Shown here piece after piece: positions 1 through 9,318 of a stretch of DNA of 64,000 bases. The DNA lies in NCBI GenBank assembly GCA_964534625.1, contig CAZHRF010000002.1, forward strand, positions 54,723 to 118,722, given 5' to 3'. Position numbers and translations under genes: made by a program. This DNA is from an uncultured archaeon. Lineage in GTDB: Archaea > Asgardarchaeota > Heimdallarchaeia > Heimdallarchaeales > Heimdallarchaeaceae. The notes under the pieces are model-generated. The model was not told the DNA's origin, made no database searches, and worked only from the letters and a program-made list of their open reading frames with translations. How positions within the stretch are numbered: the first letter of the stretch is position 1; each line of letters starts with the position of its first letter.

Positions 1-90
1 TATTGCTGAATCTCCTGATAAAGAGTCAGAAGAGACTATTGCTGAATCTCCTGATAAAGAGTCAGAAGAGACTATTGCTGAATCTCCTGA
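1..90 (+). repeat. 36-bp in-frame tandem repeat (about 2.5 copies visible)
   Basis: tattgctgaatctcctgataaagagtcagaagagac occurs at 1 and 37, with a partial copy at 73. Confidence 0.95.
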
Positions 91-157
91 TGGAACTGCT
101 AAAGAAATATCCAAAAAAAAGAAAACTTCTTCTGAACACTCAAAGAAAAAAAAGTGA
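2..157 (+). CDS. 3' end of an unknown protein with acidic 12-aa repeats and a Lys-rich tail (partial, runs off window)
   Basis: Frame +2 is open from the window edge: IAESPDKESEET x2, IAESPDGTAKEISKKKKTSSEHSKKKK, TGA at 155-157. This is more protein-like than the 3..197 frame in the track. Confidence 0.65.
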   Translation: MAESPDKESEETIAESPDKESEETIAESPDGTAKEISKKKKTSSEHSKKKK

Positions 158-188
158 GATAACACAAGCAAAAAAAGTTTTGATTGTA

Positions 189-1163
189 TTAATATAGTAG
201 TATAATTGCAATAATTATCCCTATGAGTATTGTAATGGCAAATGCAATTCTTATTGCGTATCTTTTAGTGATAATCTGAAATTCTCTAGAGGAAACAGAT
301 CCACCTTTAACCAAACTACGGGAAGTCCAAAATACTATGGCACAGGATGCATAGATGGATATTACATTAAGTACCAAAAGTATCAAAGATCCTAAAGCTT
401 GAGGAAAAAGTTGATTAGCTAATAATACCCCTATGTTAGCTGCTGGTGGACACAATGATGCAGCAACAGCAACACCAACGATATTTGCACTTTCACCACG
501 CAAAATAAATATTCCTCCCGCAAAGCCACTTATAATTGCAAAAACTATTTCTGCAATACCTGGTTGTGTTCGAACACTTATCTGAAATGGTATATTCCCT
601 AGATCTAGCTTAAAAATATAACCTATAAATAAACCTATAAGAATATTAGAAAAAAGTCCAAAAAATTCTGCACGAAAAGCTTTTTTAACATGAACATTAC
701 TAGGCATCATCGTTCCTAATACCGATAGAGCGATTGGACCTAATAGTGGAGCAATGATCATACTAGCTATAATAATGATAATATTATCATACAATAGACC
801 AAAAGAAGCTAGAATGCCTGCTAGTATGGATAATATGATGAAGGTAGGCGATATTTCAGCTAGATTTTTTATATTACTAATCATTTCATCAATACTGATG
901 CCTTTTCTCATCTCTATTGTGCTTTTCTTTTCTGAAGAGAGGTTTAAACTTACGGGAAGCAGTGTGATCGATCCAAAAATCTTACCTAAACCAATCCCCT
1001 TTAATTCTTCAAGTAGTAGAGTAGTGTGATTATCTTCAATTACTGTTGTAACAATAGTCTGGTCATTGTGAATTGAGATATCCCATTCAACAAAGATCCT
1101 CTCTTTTAATTCTTCAAGAATATCTAATTTATCACTAGGAAGTGAAACTCTTACTAGTTTCAT
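189..1163 (-). CDS. DUF389/TIGR00341-family membrane protein
   Basis: Motifs IIASMIIAPLLGP and VGVAVAASLCPPA, multiple TM helices. Start moved to the ATG at 1163 (MKLVRV), which follows an AGGAG SD. Confidence 0.85.
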   Translation of the reverse strand: MKLVRVSLPSDKLDILEELKERIFVEWDISIHNDQTIVTTVIEDNHTTLLLEELKGIGLGKIFGSITLLPVSLNLSSEKKSTIEMRKGISIDEMISNIKNLAEISPTFIILSILAGILASFGLLYDNIIIIIASMIIAPLLGPIALSVLGTMMPSNVHVKKAFRAEFFGLFSNILIGLFIGYIFKLDLGNIPFQISVRTQPGIAEIVFAIISGFAGGIFILRGESANIVGVAVAASLCPPAANIGVLLANQLFPQALGSLILLVLNVISIYASCAIVFWTSRSLVKGGSVSSREFQIITKRYAIRIAFAITILIGIIIAIILLY

Positions 1164-1434
1164 TTTGATAACTCCTATGTTAAAATTAGCTACATCTACT
1201 AAAGTTTTTCTCCTAAAACTATACTTTTCCTTTTCTCGTTCCCTTAATGGAGTATAATTGGTTTTAATTGAATTAACAAGAATTTGTTCCTTTATATGTT
1301 TCTTCAACAAATCTCAACAATTAAGAACTCTATATCGCACAAAGAAAGAACACTCTCTCTTTCTTAACATTAAATCTTATATTATAGTAAGGTATATAAG
1401 GGGCTAAAAAGATGAATGTTTGTAAAGCAAGGAA

Positions 1435-3471
1435 TTGAAAGAAATGGTAAGTTCGACACATCTAATAAAAAATGATATTGATAATGGGGCTGAATTTTAC
1501 GATCCTGTCATGGATCGTTTTTCAAAAGAATCCCATCTAAGATGGATGATAAGTCATATTGGGGTCCATAAAGGATTAATGTTCGCTTTCTTTTTTGTGG
1601 CAACAATAAATATAATTATTGGGGTCATCAATCCTTTGCTTTATGGTGAAGTTGCTAGTTCTATTGTAAGTTTAGGTAGGGCAGATGACTTATTACCTCT
1701 TGATAGTCTGAAAATCTGGAATGAAGTAAAGTTATATGCTTTTATTATTTTAATTTTAACTATAATCTCAGGACTAACCAGTTTATTTACCGGTTATCTG
1801 ATTGAAATTGCCTCTCAACGTGTTGAGCGAGATATTCGAGACGAATATTATGCTCATATGCTTTCTAAATCCATGACGTTTCATGATGAAGTAAAACAAG
1901 GGGATGTTATGGCAAGGGCAACTAATGATACGCGAATGGTCAATTTTTTTGTAAATCCTACTATTAATCTCTTATATAGAGGTACTGTAGGCGTTTTATT
2001 TGCTTTTGGTGCTATGGTGACTATAAGTCCTCGTTGGTATGGTATTCCTCTTCTACTGTTACCTCCCTTGTTTATTGTAATTCCAATAATCTTTTTAGCT
2101 AAGCGTTACTACCATTCTGTTGGCCCTATCTCTATGCAAATTCAAGAATCTTATTCTAATCTCTCTTCTTACTTACAAGAAAAACTCCTTGGCATCAGTG
2201 TCATTAAAACATTTGCTAAAGAGCCTATTGAAAAACGGAAATTCAAAGAGATTAATGATATATTATCTGATCAGATTGTAGAACGTGGTAAACTCCGTTC
2301 CAAGTATTATCCTGCTTTATTAATTGGTTTATCTGTTGGTGTAGCTTTAGTTTGGGGTGCATATTTGATCAATTTAGACTTGTTTACAATAGGTGGATTA
2401 ATTAGTTATGTGAGCCTAATGGGAAATCTCTTTTTCCCTGTTTGGATGTTGAGTTGGATGTTAGTCATTATTCAGATGAGTTTTGCTGGTGCTCGAAGGA
2501 TTCTATCTATCTTAACTAAAGAAACAAAAATACCCAAATCAGATAAACCTATTGAACTCGAATCACTTGAAGGTAATGTAGAGTTTGCTAATGTGTATTT
2601 TTCATATGATCAAAAAACGCAAATATTAGAAGATGTGTGTTTTAAAGTTTTGGCAGGAAAGCGAGTTGCGATAGTTGGACCATCTGGTAGTGGAAAAACA
2701 ACGCTAATGAAGTTATTAACTCGGCTGTATGATGTTGAAGAACCTTTTGTTTTCATAGATGGAAAAAAACATTCAATTAAAGATAATAAAATTGACTATC
2801 AAGGTAAGTCATATGTAGTAAAAAATAACCATATAACTATAGGTGGTCAATCGTATCCCATCATCCGCAGTCGAATTAAGATCGATGGTTATGACGTACG
2901 TGATCTTTCTATTGAAACTTTACGAGATAATATTGGCGTAATTGAACAAGATATTATATTGTTCTCTGCCAAAATTAAAGAAAATATAAGTTATGGGCGC
3001 CCAAATGCGACTGAAGAAGAGATAATCAATGCAGCTAAGATGGCACAAGCGCATGAATTTATTATAAAGTTTGATAAAGGATATGATACAGTTGTAGGCG
3101 AGCGAGGAACCACGCTTTCTGGAGGGCAAAAACAACGGATTGCTATAGCTAGAATGATATTGTCTAATCCTAATATCCTTGTATTTGATGATTCCACTAG
3201 TAGCGTTGACTCTGAAACCGAAGACAAAATAAATAAAGCAATTAATACTGTTTTGAAAAACAGAACTAGTTTTGTGATAACTCACAGACTTTCAACAATC
3301 AGACATTCAGACCATATTATTGTATTAAAAGACGGAAAAATTGTTGCACAAGGTAACCATGACGAACTACTAGCGAGTTCTGTCGATTACTGGCGAGTTT
3401 TCGCACGATTCTCTGAAATACGAAATCAGATGCCAGTTTCTCTTCAACAACCAAAAGGAGGACAAAGGTGA
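1435..3471 (+). CDS. Heterodimeric ABC exporter subunit (TMD+NBD, degenerate Walker B)
   Basis: TM domain, GPSGSGKT, LSGGQKQRIAIAR, LVFDDSTS (catalytic E to D), ITHRLST. Confidence 0.95.
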   Translation: MKEMVSSTHLIKNDIDNGAEFYDPVMDRFSKESHLRWMISHIGVHKGLMFAFFFVATINIIIGVINPLLYGEVASSIVSLGRADDLLPLDSLKIWNEVKLYAFIILILTIISGLTSLFTGYLIEIASQRVERDIRDEYYAHMLSKSMTFHDEVKQGDVMARATNDTRMVNFFVNPTINLLYRGTVGVLFAFGAMVTISPRWYGIPLLLLPPLFIVIPIIFLAKRYYHSVGPISMQIQESYSNLSSYLQEKLLGISVIKTFAKEPIEKRKFKEINDILSDQIVERGKLRSKYYPALLIGLSVGVALVWGAYLINLDLFTIGGLISYVSLMGNLFFPVWMLSWMLVIIQMSFAGARRILSILTKETKIPKSDKPIELESLEGNVEFANVYFSYDQKTQILEDVCFKVLAGKRVAIVGPSGSGKTTLMKLLTRLYDVEEPFVFIDGKKHSIKDNKIDYQGKSYVVKNNHITIGGQSYPIIRSRIKIDGYDVRDLSIETLRDNIGVIEQDIILFSAKIKENISYGRPNATEEEIINAAKMAQAHEFIIKFDKGYDTVVGERGTTLSGGQKQRIAIARMILSNPNILVFDDSTSSVDSETEDKINKAINTVLKNRTSFVITHRLSTIRHSDHIIVLKDGKIVAQGNHDELLASSVDYWRVFARFSEIRNQMPVSLQQPKGGQR

Positions 3472-3477
3472 TATCTA

Positions 3478-5313
3478 ATGGGCTTTATTCAAGAGTTACC
3501 AGATGAAAAATATGATCGAAAATATGGCGATATTTATCTTTTTAAGCGTTTACTAAAATATGTTGGAACCCATGATATAGAAACTTTATCTAAGGTAATA
3601 GCATTCATGCTAATCGGGACAGCTTCAAATATAGGCATACCTTATGTGATTAAATATGTCATTGAACAAGTTGAGAAGTCCTTTGCTGATCCTTCTACTA
3701 ATGTATTTACGGGGATTTTTTATTTAGTTGCATTCACTGTGGTACTCCTTTACGGAACTCAATGGTATGCTAATTATAGGGCTCAATATTATACGTCTAT
3801 TTTAATGGGTGAGATGATTAGGACTGTTCGCCGAGATTGTTATTGGTCACTGCTTAAACAAGATATGACATTTTATGATGAAAATAAATCAGGAAAATTG
3901 GTCTCAAGAGTTACATCTGATACAGAAACAATCAGTAATATGGTTCAACTTTTAACCAATTTCTTTATAAATTTACTAGTAATGACCTCTATTCTTTTTA
4001 TCCTCTTTTTAACAAATGTGACGTTATCCTTAATTATTCTAGCTATTATTCCATTCCTTTTTGTTTCTGCTATGGGCGTAAGAATTCTCGCAAGACGAAC
4101 ATCCAAAAATTGGCGAAAAACAATTGCAATACTCAATGCTAATGTGGCAGAATCTATTTCAGGAGTAGAAGTAACAAAATATTTTAATCAAGAAGAAGCT
4201 GCATTTGATCGTTTCCAAACTATCAACATGAGAAATTATCGAGCAGCAAAATACAGAGCAATAGGAATTAGTGTGTTCTTCCCAATTATACAAACTACGT
4301 TCGGTGTTGGATCCTTTCTTATTATTTATTTTGGAAGTAGAATGGCTATTTTTGATCAGTCCATTGCCATAGCTGATCTATACTTCTTTATTCTTATGCT
4401 TAATCGTTTCTTCATGCCACTATTAGAAATAACTCAATTCTTCAATCAATTTGAAGCGGGCTTGGCAGCTGTTGAAAGAATTTTTAGTTTAATTGATAGC
4501 GAACCTAGTGTGCAAGAAATAGATAAACCTGAAGAGATTAAACAAGTTAAAGGAGAAATAAAGTTTGAAAATGTTGAATTTTATTATAATCCCGATGAAC
4601 CACTATATAGACACTTCACCCTTAGAATTAAGCCTGGAGAACAGTTAGCTCTCGTTGGAAAAACGGGGAGCGGAAAAAGTACTTTAGTATCTTTAATAGC
4701 AAGATTCTATGATGTAAGAGCTGGAAAATTATTGATTGATAATGTGGACATCAAAAAATTAAGATTGCATAATTATCGTGATAATATTGGGATTGTTTTA
4801 CAAGATAATATCCTTTTCTCTGGTACAATAGCTGATAACATTGCCTACGGTAAACCCCACGCAAAACAAGAAGAAATCGAACAAGCAGCAAAAAATGTCT
4901 ATGCCTGGGAATTCATAAGTAATTTACCTAATGGATTATATACTGAAGTTGGCGAGAAAGGCAATAAATTATCTTTAGGACAAAGACAATTGATATCATT
5001 TGCCAGAGCTTTACTGTCCGATCCAAAGATTCTCATAATGGATGAAGCTACAAGCGCAATAGATGCGTATACAGAATCTCTGATCCAAGAAGCTCTTAAA
5101 GTTCTGCTAAAAAATCGCACTTCCATAATCATTGCACATAGACTAACAACAGTAGAAAATGCTGATCGTATTGTTGTAATTGATAACGCCAAAATCATTG
5201 AACAAGGAAGTCATCAAGAATTGATGAACCAAAAAGGAAAATATTTCCAGCTCTATGATATGTATTTCCGACATCAAAGCCTTGAATATATTGAGCAAGC
5301 CGCAGAACTTTAA
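3478..5313 (+). CDS. Heterodimeric ABC exporter partner subunit
   Basis: GKTGSGKS, LSLGQRQ, LIMDEATS, IAHRL. Starts 6 bp after its partner, following an AGGTGA SD. Confidence 0.95.
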   Translation: MGFIQELPDEKYDRKYGDIYLFKRLLKYVGTHDIETLSKVIAFMLIGTASNIGIPYVIKYVIEQVEKSFADPSTNVFTGIFYLVAFTVVLLYGTQWYANYRAQYYTSILMGEMIRTVRRDCYWSLLKQDMTFYDENKSGKLVSRVTSDTETISNMVQLLTNFFINLLVMTSILFILFLTNVTLSLIILAIIPFLFVSAMGVRILARRTSKNWRKTIAILNANVAESISGVEVTKYFNQEEAAFDRFQTINMRNYRAAKYRAIGISVFFPIIQTTFGVGSFLIIYFGSRMAIFDQSIAIADLYFFILMLNRFFMPLLEITQFFNQFEAGLAAVERIFSLIDSEPSVQEIDKPEEIKQVKGEIKFENVEFYYNPDEPLYRHFTLRIKPGEQLALVGKTGSGKSTLVSLIARFYDVRAGKLLIDNVDIKKLRLHNYRDNIGIVLQDNILFSGTIADNIAYGKPHAKQEEIEQAAKNVYAWEFISNLPNGLYTEVGEKGNKLSLGQRQLISFARALLSDPKILIMDEATSAIDAYTESLIQEALKVLLKNRTSIIIAHRLTTVENADRIVVIDNAKIIEQGSHQELMNQKGKYFQLYDMYFRHQSLEYIEQAAEL

Positions 5314-5381
5314 TTAAGGTTTATATCTCCTATTTTCCTTTATAGCAAAAATTAATAATCTTGTTGGAATCTTTCAGTTGA

Positions 5382-6521
5382 GTGTGCTTTTTGACCTCAA
5401 ATGATAACTTGTTTAATACCCAGTTTGCTAATCCCACTACCATACTTGATCTTGGGTCTTATACCATCAAAGCTGGTTTTATGTCAGATTATAGACCAGT
5501 ATGTGAAACACATTCGGTAATTGGATACCCGAAACAAAAATATATGACACAAGATAGTAGACCATATTTTATTGGTTCACAAGTATTTCATAATAAGAAA
5601 ATAGGAAAAATAGAAAGTCCCATATGGGATGGTAAGATTCAAAATTTTGATATCTTTGAACGTATACTTCATTATGTTTTTTATAATGAGCTTAAAATAA
5701 TTCCTCATGAACATAAATGTACTATAACGCTTCCTCTTTTATATACACCCAAAATGAAAAATCAACTACTAGAAAGTATGTTTGAGGTATTTAACGTTCC
5801 CGCTATTTATTTAATGGAGCAACCTTTAGCTGCTCTCTATGCCCATGGTAAATTAACAGGTACAGTAGTTTTAATAGGACATGAGTTTACCGTTTCTGTG
5901 CCTATCTATCAAGGATATTTCATAGAAAAAGCAGTAATGATAGCTAATATGGGTGGAAAAAACATTACTGACTATTTACATGGCCTATTGAAAAAGAGAG
6001 GTTATCTACTTAAATCAAAAAAAGAAAAAAGATTAATCGAACAATGGAAAGAAGAGTGCAGTTATATTGCCCTATATCCCTCAAAAGAAAAAACAGCGTA
6101 TCAAATAAATGAACAGTTACATAGAAATCAACTGTTACCTGATGGTGAACAGATCACTTTGAAAACTGAAAGATTTAAAGCACCTGAATTGTTATTTAAC
6201 CCTCAAATAGCCGGTTTATCTGATAAATCTTTACCAAATATTATTCACATTTCAATTCAGAACTGCGATCGAGATTTAAGAAAGGAATTATCTTCAAACA
6301 TAATATTGGCTGGTGGCTCTTCTGTATATCCAGGATTAATAGAAAGATTATATAAGCACTTAAATGAAAGCTCATCTAATAACTTAAAATACCAAATTCA
6401 TAATAGTGAAGATAGAAAATATAGTGTATGGAGAGGAACAAGTGTATTTAGTTCAATCAATGTTTTTAAGGACTTTTTAATCAAAAGATCTGACTGGCTT
6501 AAAGGTAAAATTATCTTTTGA
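5382..6521 (+). CDS. Divergent eukaryote-type actin / actin-related protein (Asgard ARP)
   Basis: ILDLGSYTIKAGF, MFEVFNVPAIY, VPIYQGY, GGKNITDYL, LPDGEQITLKTERFKAPELLFNP, NIILAGGSSVYPGLIERL and DRKYSVWRG are colinear with actin. Start codon uncertain. Confidence 0.93.
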   Translation: MCFLTSNDNLFNTQFANPTTILDLGSYTIKAGFMSDYRPVCETHSVIGYPKQKYMTQDSRPYFIGSQVFHNKKIGKIESPIWDGKIQNFDIFERILHYVFYNELKIIPHEHKCTITLPLLYTPKMKNQLLESMFEVFNVPAIYLMEQPLAALYAHGKLTGTVVLIGHEFTVSVPIYQGYFIEKAVMIANMGGKNITDYLHGLLKKRGYLLKSKKEKRLIEQWKEECSYIALYPSKEKTAYQINEQLHRNQLLPDGEQITLKTERFKAPELLFNPQIAGLSDKSLPNIIHISIQNCDRDLRKELSSNIILAGGSSVYPGLIERLYKHLNESSSNNLKYQIHNSEDRKYSVWRGTSVFSSINVFKDFLIKRSDWLKGKIIF

Positions 6522-6566
6522 TGAACTACCCCACCCTAAAGGATGGGGTTTTCAAGAAGACGTTCA
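6521..6566 (-). mobile_element. Orphan IS200/IS605 (TnpB-type) right-end hairpin / PATE-like remnant
   Basis: Minus strand reads TGAAC-gtcttctt-GAAAACCCCATCCTTTAGGGTGGGGTAGTTCAT. This matches the typical GC hairpin with CTTTAG loop and GTTCA(C/T) end. No tnpA or tnpB is adjacent. Confidence 0.7.
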
Positions 6567-6689
6567 AATAAATTCTATTTGGTTATTTTTCAGTTTGTAT
6601 ACTCTACTTTTTGATTCCATATTAGCTTGTCTTCAAAAATATGCGATAAAGTTAAATTTTAGTAGTTATAATCTTTAATAGGTGATATT

Positions 6690-6860
6690 TTGTCCATTAA
6701 TAGACCTGATGCATATATTTGTAAAAGCTGCGGGCATAGATTTAATAATGAAGATAAGAAAACAAAACAAAAACAAGTCGATGGGATCTTTACTAGAGTG
6801 CCTGTTTGTCCAAAATGTGGTTCAGAGGATTTAAGAACTACGATAACTGGAAAAAACTAA
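6690..6860 (+). CDS. Small zinc-ribbon protein (56 aa; absent from ORF track)
   Basis: AGGTGA SD at 6680-6685, TTG start, MSINRPDAYICKSCGHRF...VPVCPKCGSEDL with two CxxC knuckles, TAA at 6858-6860. Confidence 0.85.
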   Translation: MSINRPDAYICKSCGHRFNNEDKKTKQKQVDGIFTRVPVCPKCGSEDLRTTITGKN

Positions 6861-6976
6861 AGCAATATCATAGCGAATTATGCTTGTTAATTAGAAAAAT
6901 GGGTTTTTTCTTTGTAATACCCGCATAATATCGAAATGTTAATTTAGTAATTAATCTAAATCCTTTTTTTATTCTC

Positions 6977-7165
6977 ATGGAACCCGAAACAGCAATTGAA
7001 GAATTGAATGGTTTAATAACTGAAATGGATAATGATTTAACTAATTTGAAAGCCGATCTAGAACAAATACTTAATGAATATCCCCGATATGAAGGGCCAA
7101 TTGTAAAAAGTACAACAGCTATGCATGATTTACTGGAAGAATTACGGAAATATTCTGAGGTTTAA
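6977..7165 (+). CDS. Small acidic helical hypothetical protein
   Basis: 62-aa ATG ORF with amphipathic helical pattern that fills an intergenic gap. Confidence 0.6.
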   Translation: MEPETAIEELNGLITEMDNDLTNLKADLEQILNEYPRYEGPIVKSTTAMHDLLEELRKYSEV

Positions 7166-7314
7166 AAACCAATAGTACTTCAAACTAGAAGTTTATTTAT
7201 TGATATTGAAGAAAAAATTAAGTAATATGATTACTGGTGGTATTAAACTAGTATATCACTAAAAAAACAACAAAAAAAAACACCTTTTTCTTTTAAATTC
7301 ATTATTGCCTTAAC

Positions 7315-7896
7315 CTAATTATTAGTTGATTCTACTATTTCTATTGTACGAACACTTTTTGTCCAAAGAGTGGAATCCGTTAAATTGCCATCATCATTAA
7401 TATAACCAATACGTAAGGGGCCACCAGATAAATATTGCTCACCAATCTCCTCATAGATTAATATCATCTGCATATCTCCTTCAATCTCTGTTTCGTTACC
7501 TGTTTCTGGATCATAAGTTGTTACTTTTCCCTGCACCATATTATAAGTATAGGTAGCTCGATAATTATCAATTGCAGTTACAATTAAATCATTTGTTTGT
7601 TCCATTCCACTTGCTTGTTGAAGCAGTATCTCTATAGTTATACCCTTGTATTCATTTGGACCCTCTAATGTTCCTGTGGTTTTTTTGTATCCCCCAAAGC
7701 CTCTTATCGAGTCTAGTGCTTTTAACTCTTCCATTGTGAAATCAATAGATGTTTCCCCTTTTAACAATGTTAGTACTATCTCTGCTTCTTCATCTTCTGG
7801 TTTTTCTCTTATGAAACCATAGTATATTCCAATGGATGTTCCAACTATAACAATTAGTGAAATTAGTAAAACTTTTGTGTTATTATTAATTGCCAT
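7315..7896 (-). CDS. Membrane-anchored protein with molybdopterin-oxidoreductase-like domain
   Basis: N-terminal TM. Pattern FTMEEL, YKGITIEILL, AIDNY, GGPLRI, WTKSVRTIEI resembles the Oxidored_molyb fold. Confidence 0.6.
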   Translation of the reverse strand: MAINNNTKVLLISLIVIVGTSIGIYYGFIREKPEDEEAEIVLTLLKGETSIDFTMEELKALDSIRGFGGYKKTTGTLEGPNEYKGITIEILLQQASGMEQTNDLIVTAIDNYRATYTYNMVQGKVTTYDPETGNETEIEGDMQMILIYEEIGEQYLSGGPLRIGYINDDGNLTDSTLWTKSVRTIEIVESTNN

Positions 7897-8070
7897 TATT
7901 TTCAGTGGAGTAAGCCTATTATTAAATTTTATTGAAAGTCATATTCTCTAATTGGGTATTTAAACAAATATCATGTGGTAGAAGCAAAAATTCATAATAA
8001 ATTCCTCTTTCGGTTTAAACATTAATATAACAAATAATGAAGAAAGTTTTATTATATTGGATGTGATCTG

Positions 8071-9318
8071 ATGAAATTAAATAAAGCTACCAAGATAGGC
8101 TTATGTGTATTAACTATCTTATTAGTACTTGCTCCATTGTTATATTTTAATTTAAGAACCACTAGTGAGGAAAAAATCACGATAGAGGTGTGGTATACAT
8201 ATGAAGGGTTCTCAATTATTCAAGAACAAGTAAGGGAGTACAATGAAATAACAGCTAATATCGAGATTATTCTTTCTAAACAACCATCTTCAGGCTTTAT
8301 TGATAAGTTCATTAGTGTTGCACAAACTGGTTCTACTCCAGACATTTTTCTTGGTAAAGCTTCATGGCTAGGCGAGTTGGCTAATTTAGGATATATTAAA
8401 GGATTGAGTGATTTTTTGTCGCCTTCGGAAGAAGCGCTCTTCTTTCCTCTCTCTATTGATGGGTTAAGCTATATGAACGAACTCTGGGCTATACCTTTAT
8501 GGATTGATTCTTTTCTGTTATTCTATAATAAGGATTTATTTGATGAGAACAATGTTAAATATCCCACTAATAACTGGACCGAACAAGATTTCATAACTGC
8601 AGCCAAAAAAATTAATGATTTTTCCCAAGACAAAATGATTTATGGATCCGCGTGGAGTACTTTATCCCCGTATTTTTGGCCAGCCTTTCAATATGGGTTT
8701 GGTCATGGCCCCCTTTACCAAGACGGAATGATAATTATAAATGATAGCGCATCTTACGATGCTATGAAGTTTTTATATGACAGTATGTGGGATCATGAAA
8801 TTGTGGGTTATTCTGATACAAGTAGTGCTGCGAGTCAACAGTTTCTCAGTAAAAAGGTAGGGATGTTAATATATGGAGGTTGGTTTTTACCTACTCTAAA
8901 ACAGAGTGATATTAATTATGGCGTAGAAATATTGCCCTATATTAACTCAACTGGAGAAAGTCTTTCTCCCTTTAGGGAAATTAAAGGATGGGGTATGTCT
9001 AAAGATACAAAATATCCTGACATCTGTTTTGACATTATTAAATTTCTCTCAAACGAAGAAATACAACTTAAGTTTTTAGAGAGGGAACATAAAGTTCCAA
9101 CATTGAATTCATTAATTTATTCTACTATTGTACAGAATAACAGAGATATAATAACACAAATTGAACAAACAGAAAATGGACAATATTTCCCATTTGATCC
9201 GCTATATAATGTTTATTCTGATTATATGAGAGCTGCGTTACAATTTATTCTGCTTGACCATGAAGACATAGGTGAAACTTTAGATGAAGCACAAAGGGGT
9301 ATAAATGAACATGTTTAA
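8071..9318 (+). CDS. Sugar ABC transporter substrate-binding protein (MalE-like)
   Basis: N-terminal anchor, TPDIF, LFYNKDLFDE, GMLIYGGWF. Lies upstream of the permease and ATPase. Confidence 0.9.
   Translation: MKLNKATKIGLCVLTILLVLAPLLYFNLRTTSEEKITIEVWYTYEGFSIIQEQVREYNEITANIEIILSKQPSSGFIDKFISVAQTGSTPDIFLGKASWLGELANLGYIKGLSDFLSPSEEALFFPLSIDGLSYMNELWAIPLWIDSFLLFYNKDLFDENNVKYPTNNWTEQDFITAAKKINDFSQDKMIYGSAWSTLSPYFWPAFQYGFGHGPLYQDGMIIINDSASYDAMKFLYDSMWDHEIVGYSDTSSAASQQFLSKKVGMLIYGGWFLPTLKQSDINYGVEILPYINSTGESLSPFREIKGWGMSKDTKYPDICFDIIKFLSNEEIQLKFLEREHKVPTLNSLIYSTIVQNNRDIITQIEQTENGQYFPFDPLYNVYSDYMRAALQFILLDHEDIGETLDEAQRGINEHV

Noticed and set aside
1-90. 36-bp repeats as a CRISPR array
   Set aside because: The units are head-to-tail with no spacers, they are in frame, and no cas genes are present.
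3-197. 64-aa ORF in the track (LLLNLLIKSQKR repeats)
   Set aside because: It is an alternative frame of the 36-bp repeat. Frame +2 gives a more plausible acidic tail, and this frame overlaps the next gene's stop.
1435-5313. Non-canonical Walker B (DD) and signature (LSLGQ) as signs of pseudogenisation
   Set aside because: This is the normal degenerate-site asymmetry of heterodimeric ABC exporters.
6690-6860. Zinc ribbon as a tnpB fragment belonging to the adjacent IS end
   Set aside because: It is on the opposite strand to the right-end motif, has its own SD and start, and lacks RuvC-III (DxNAAxN) residues.
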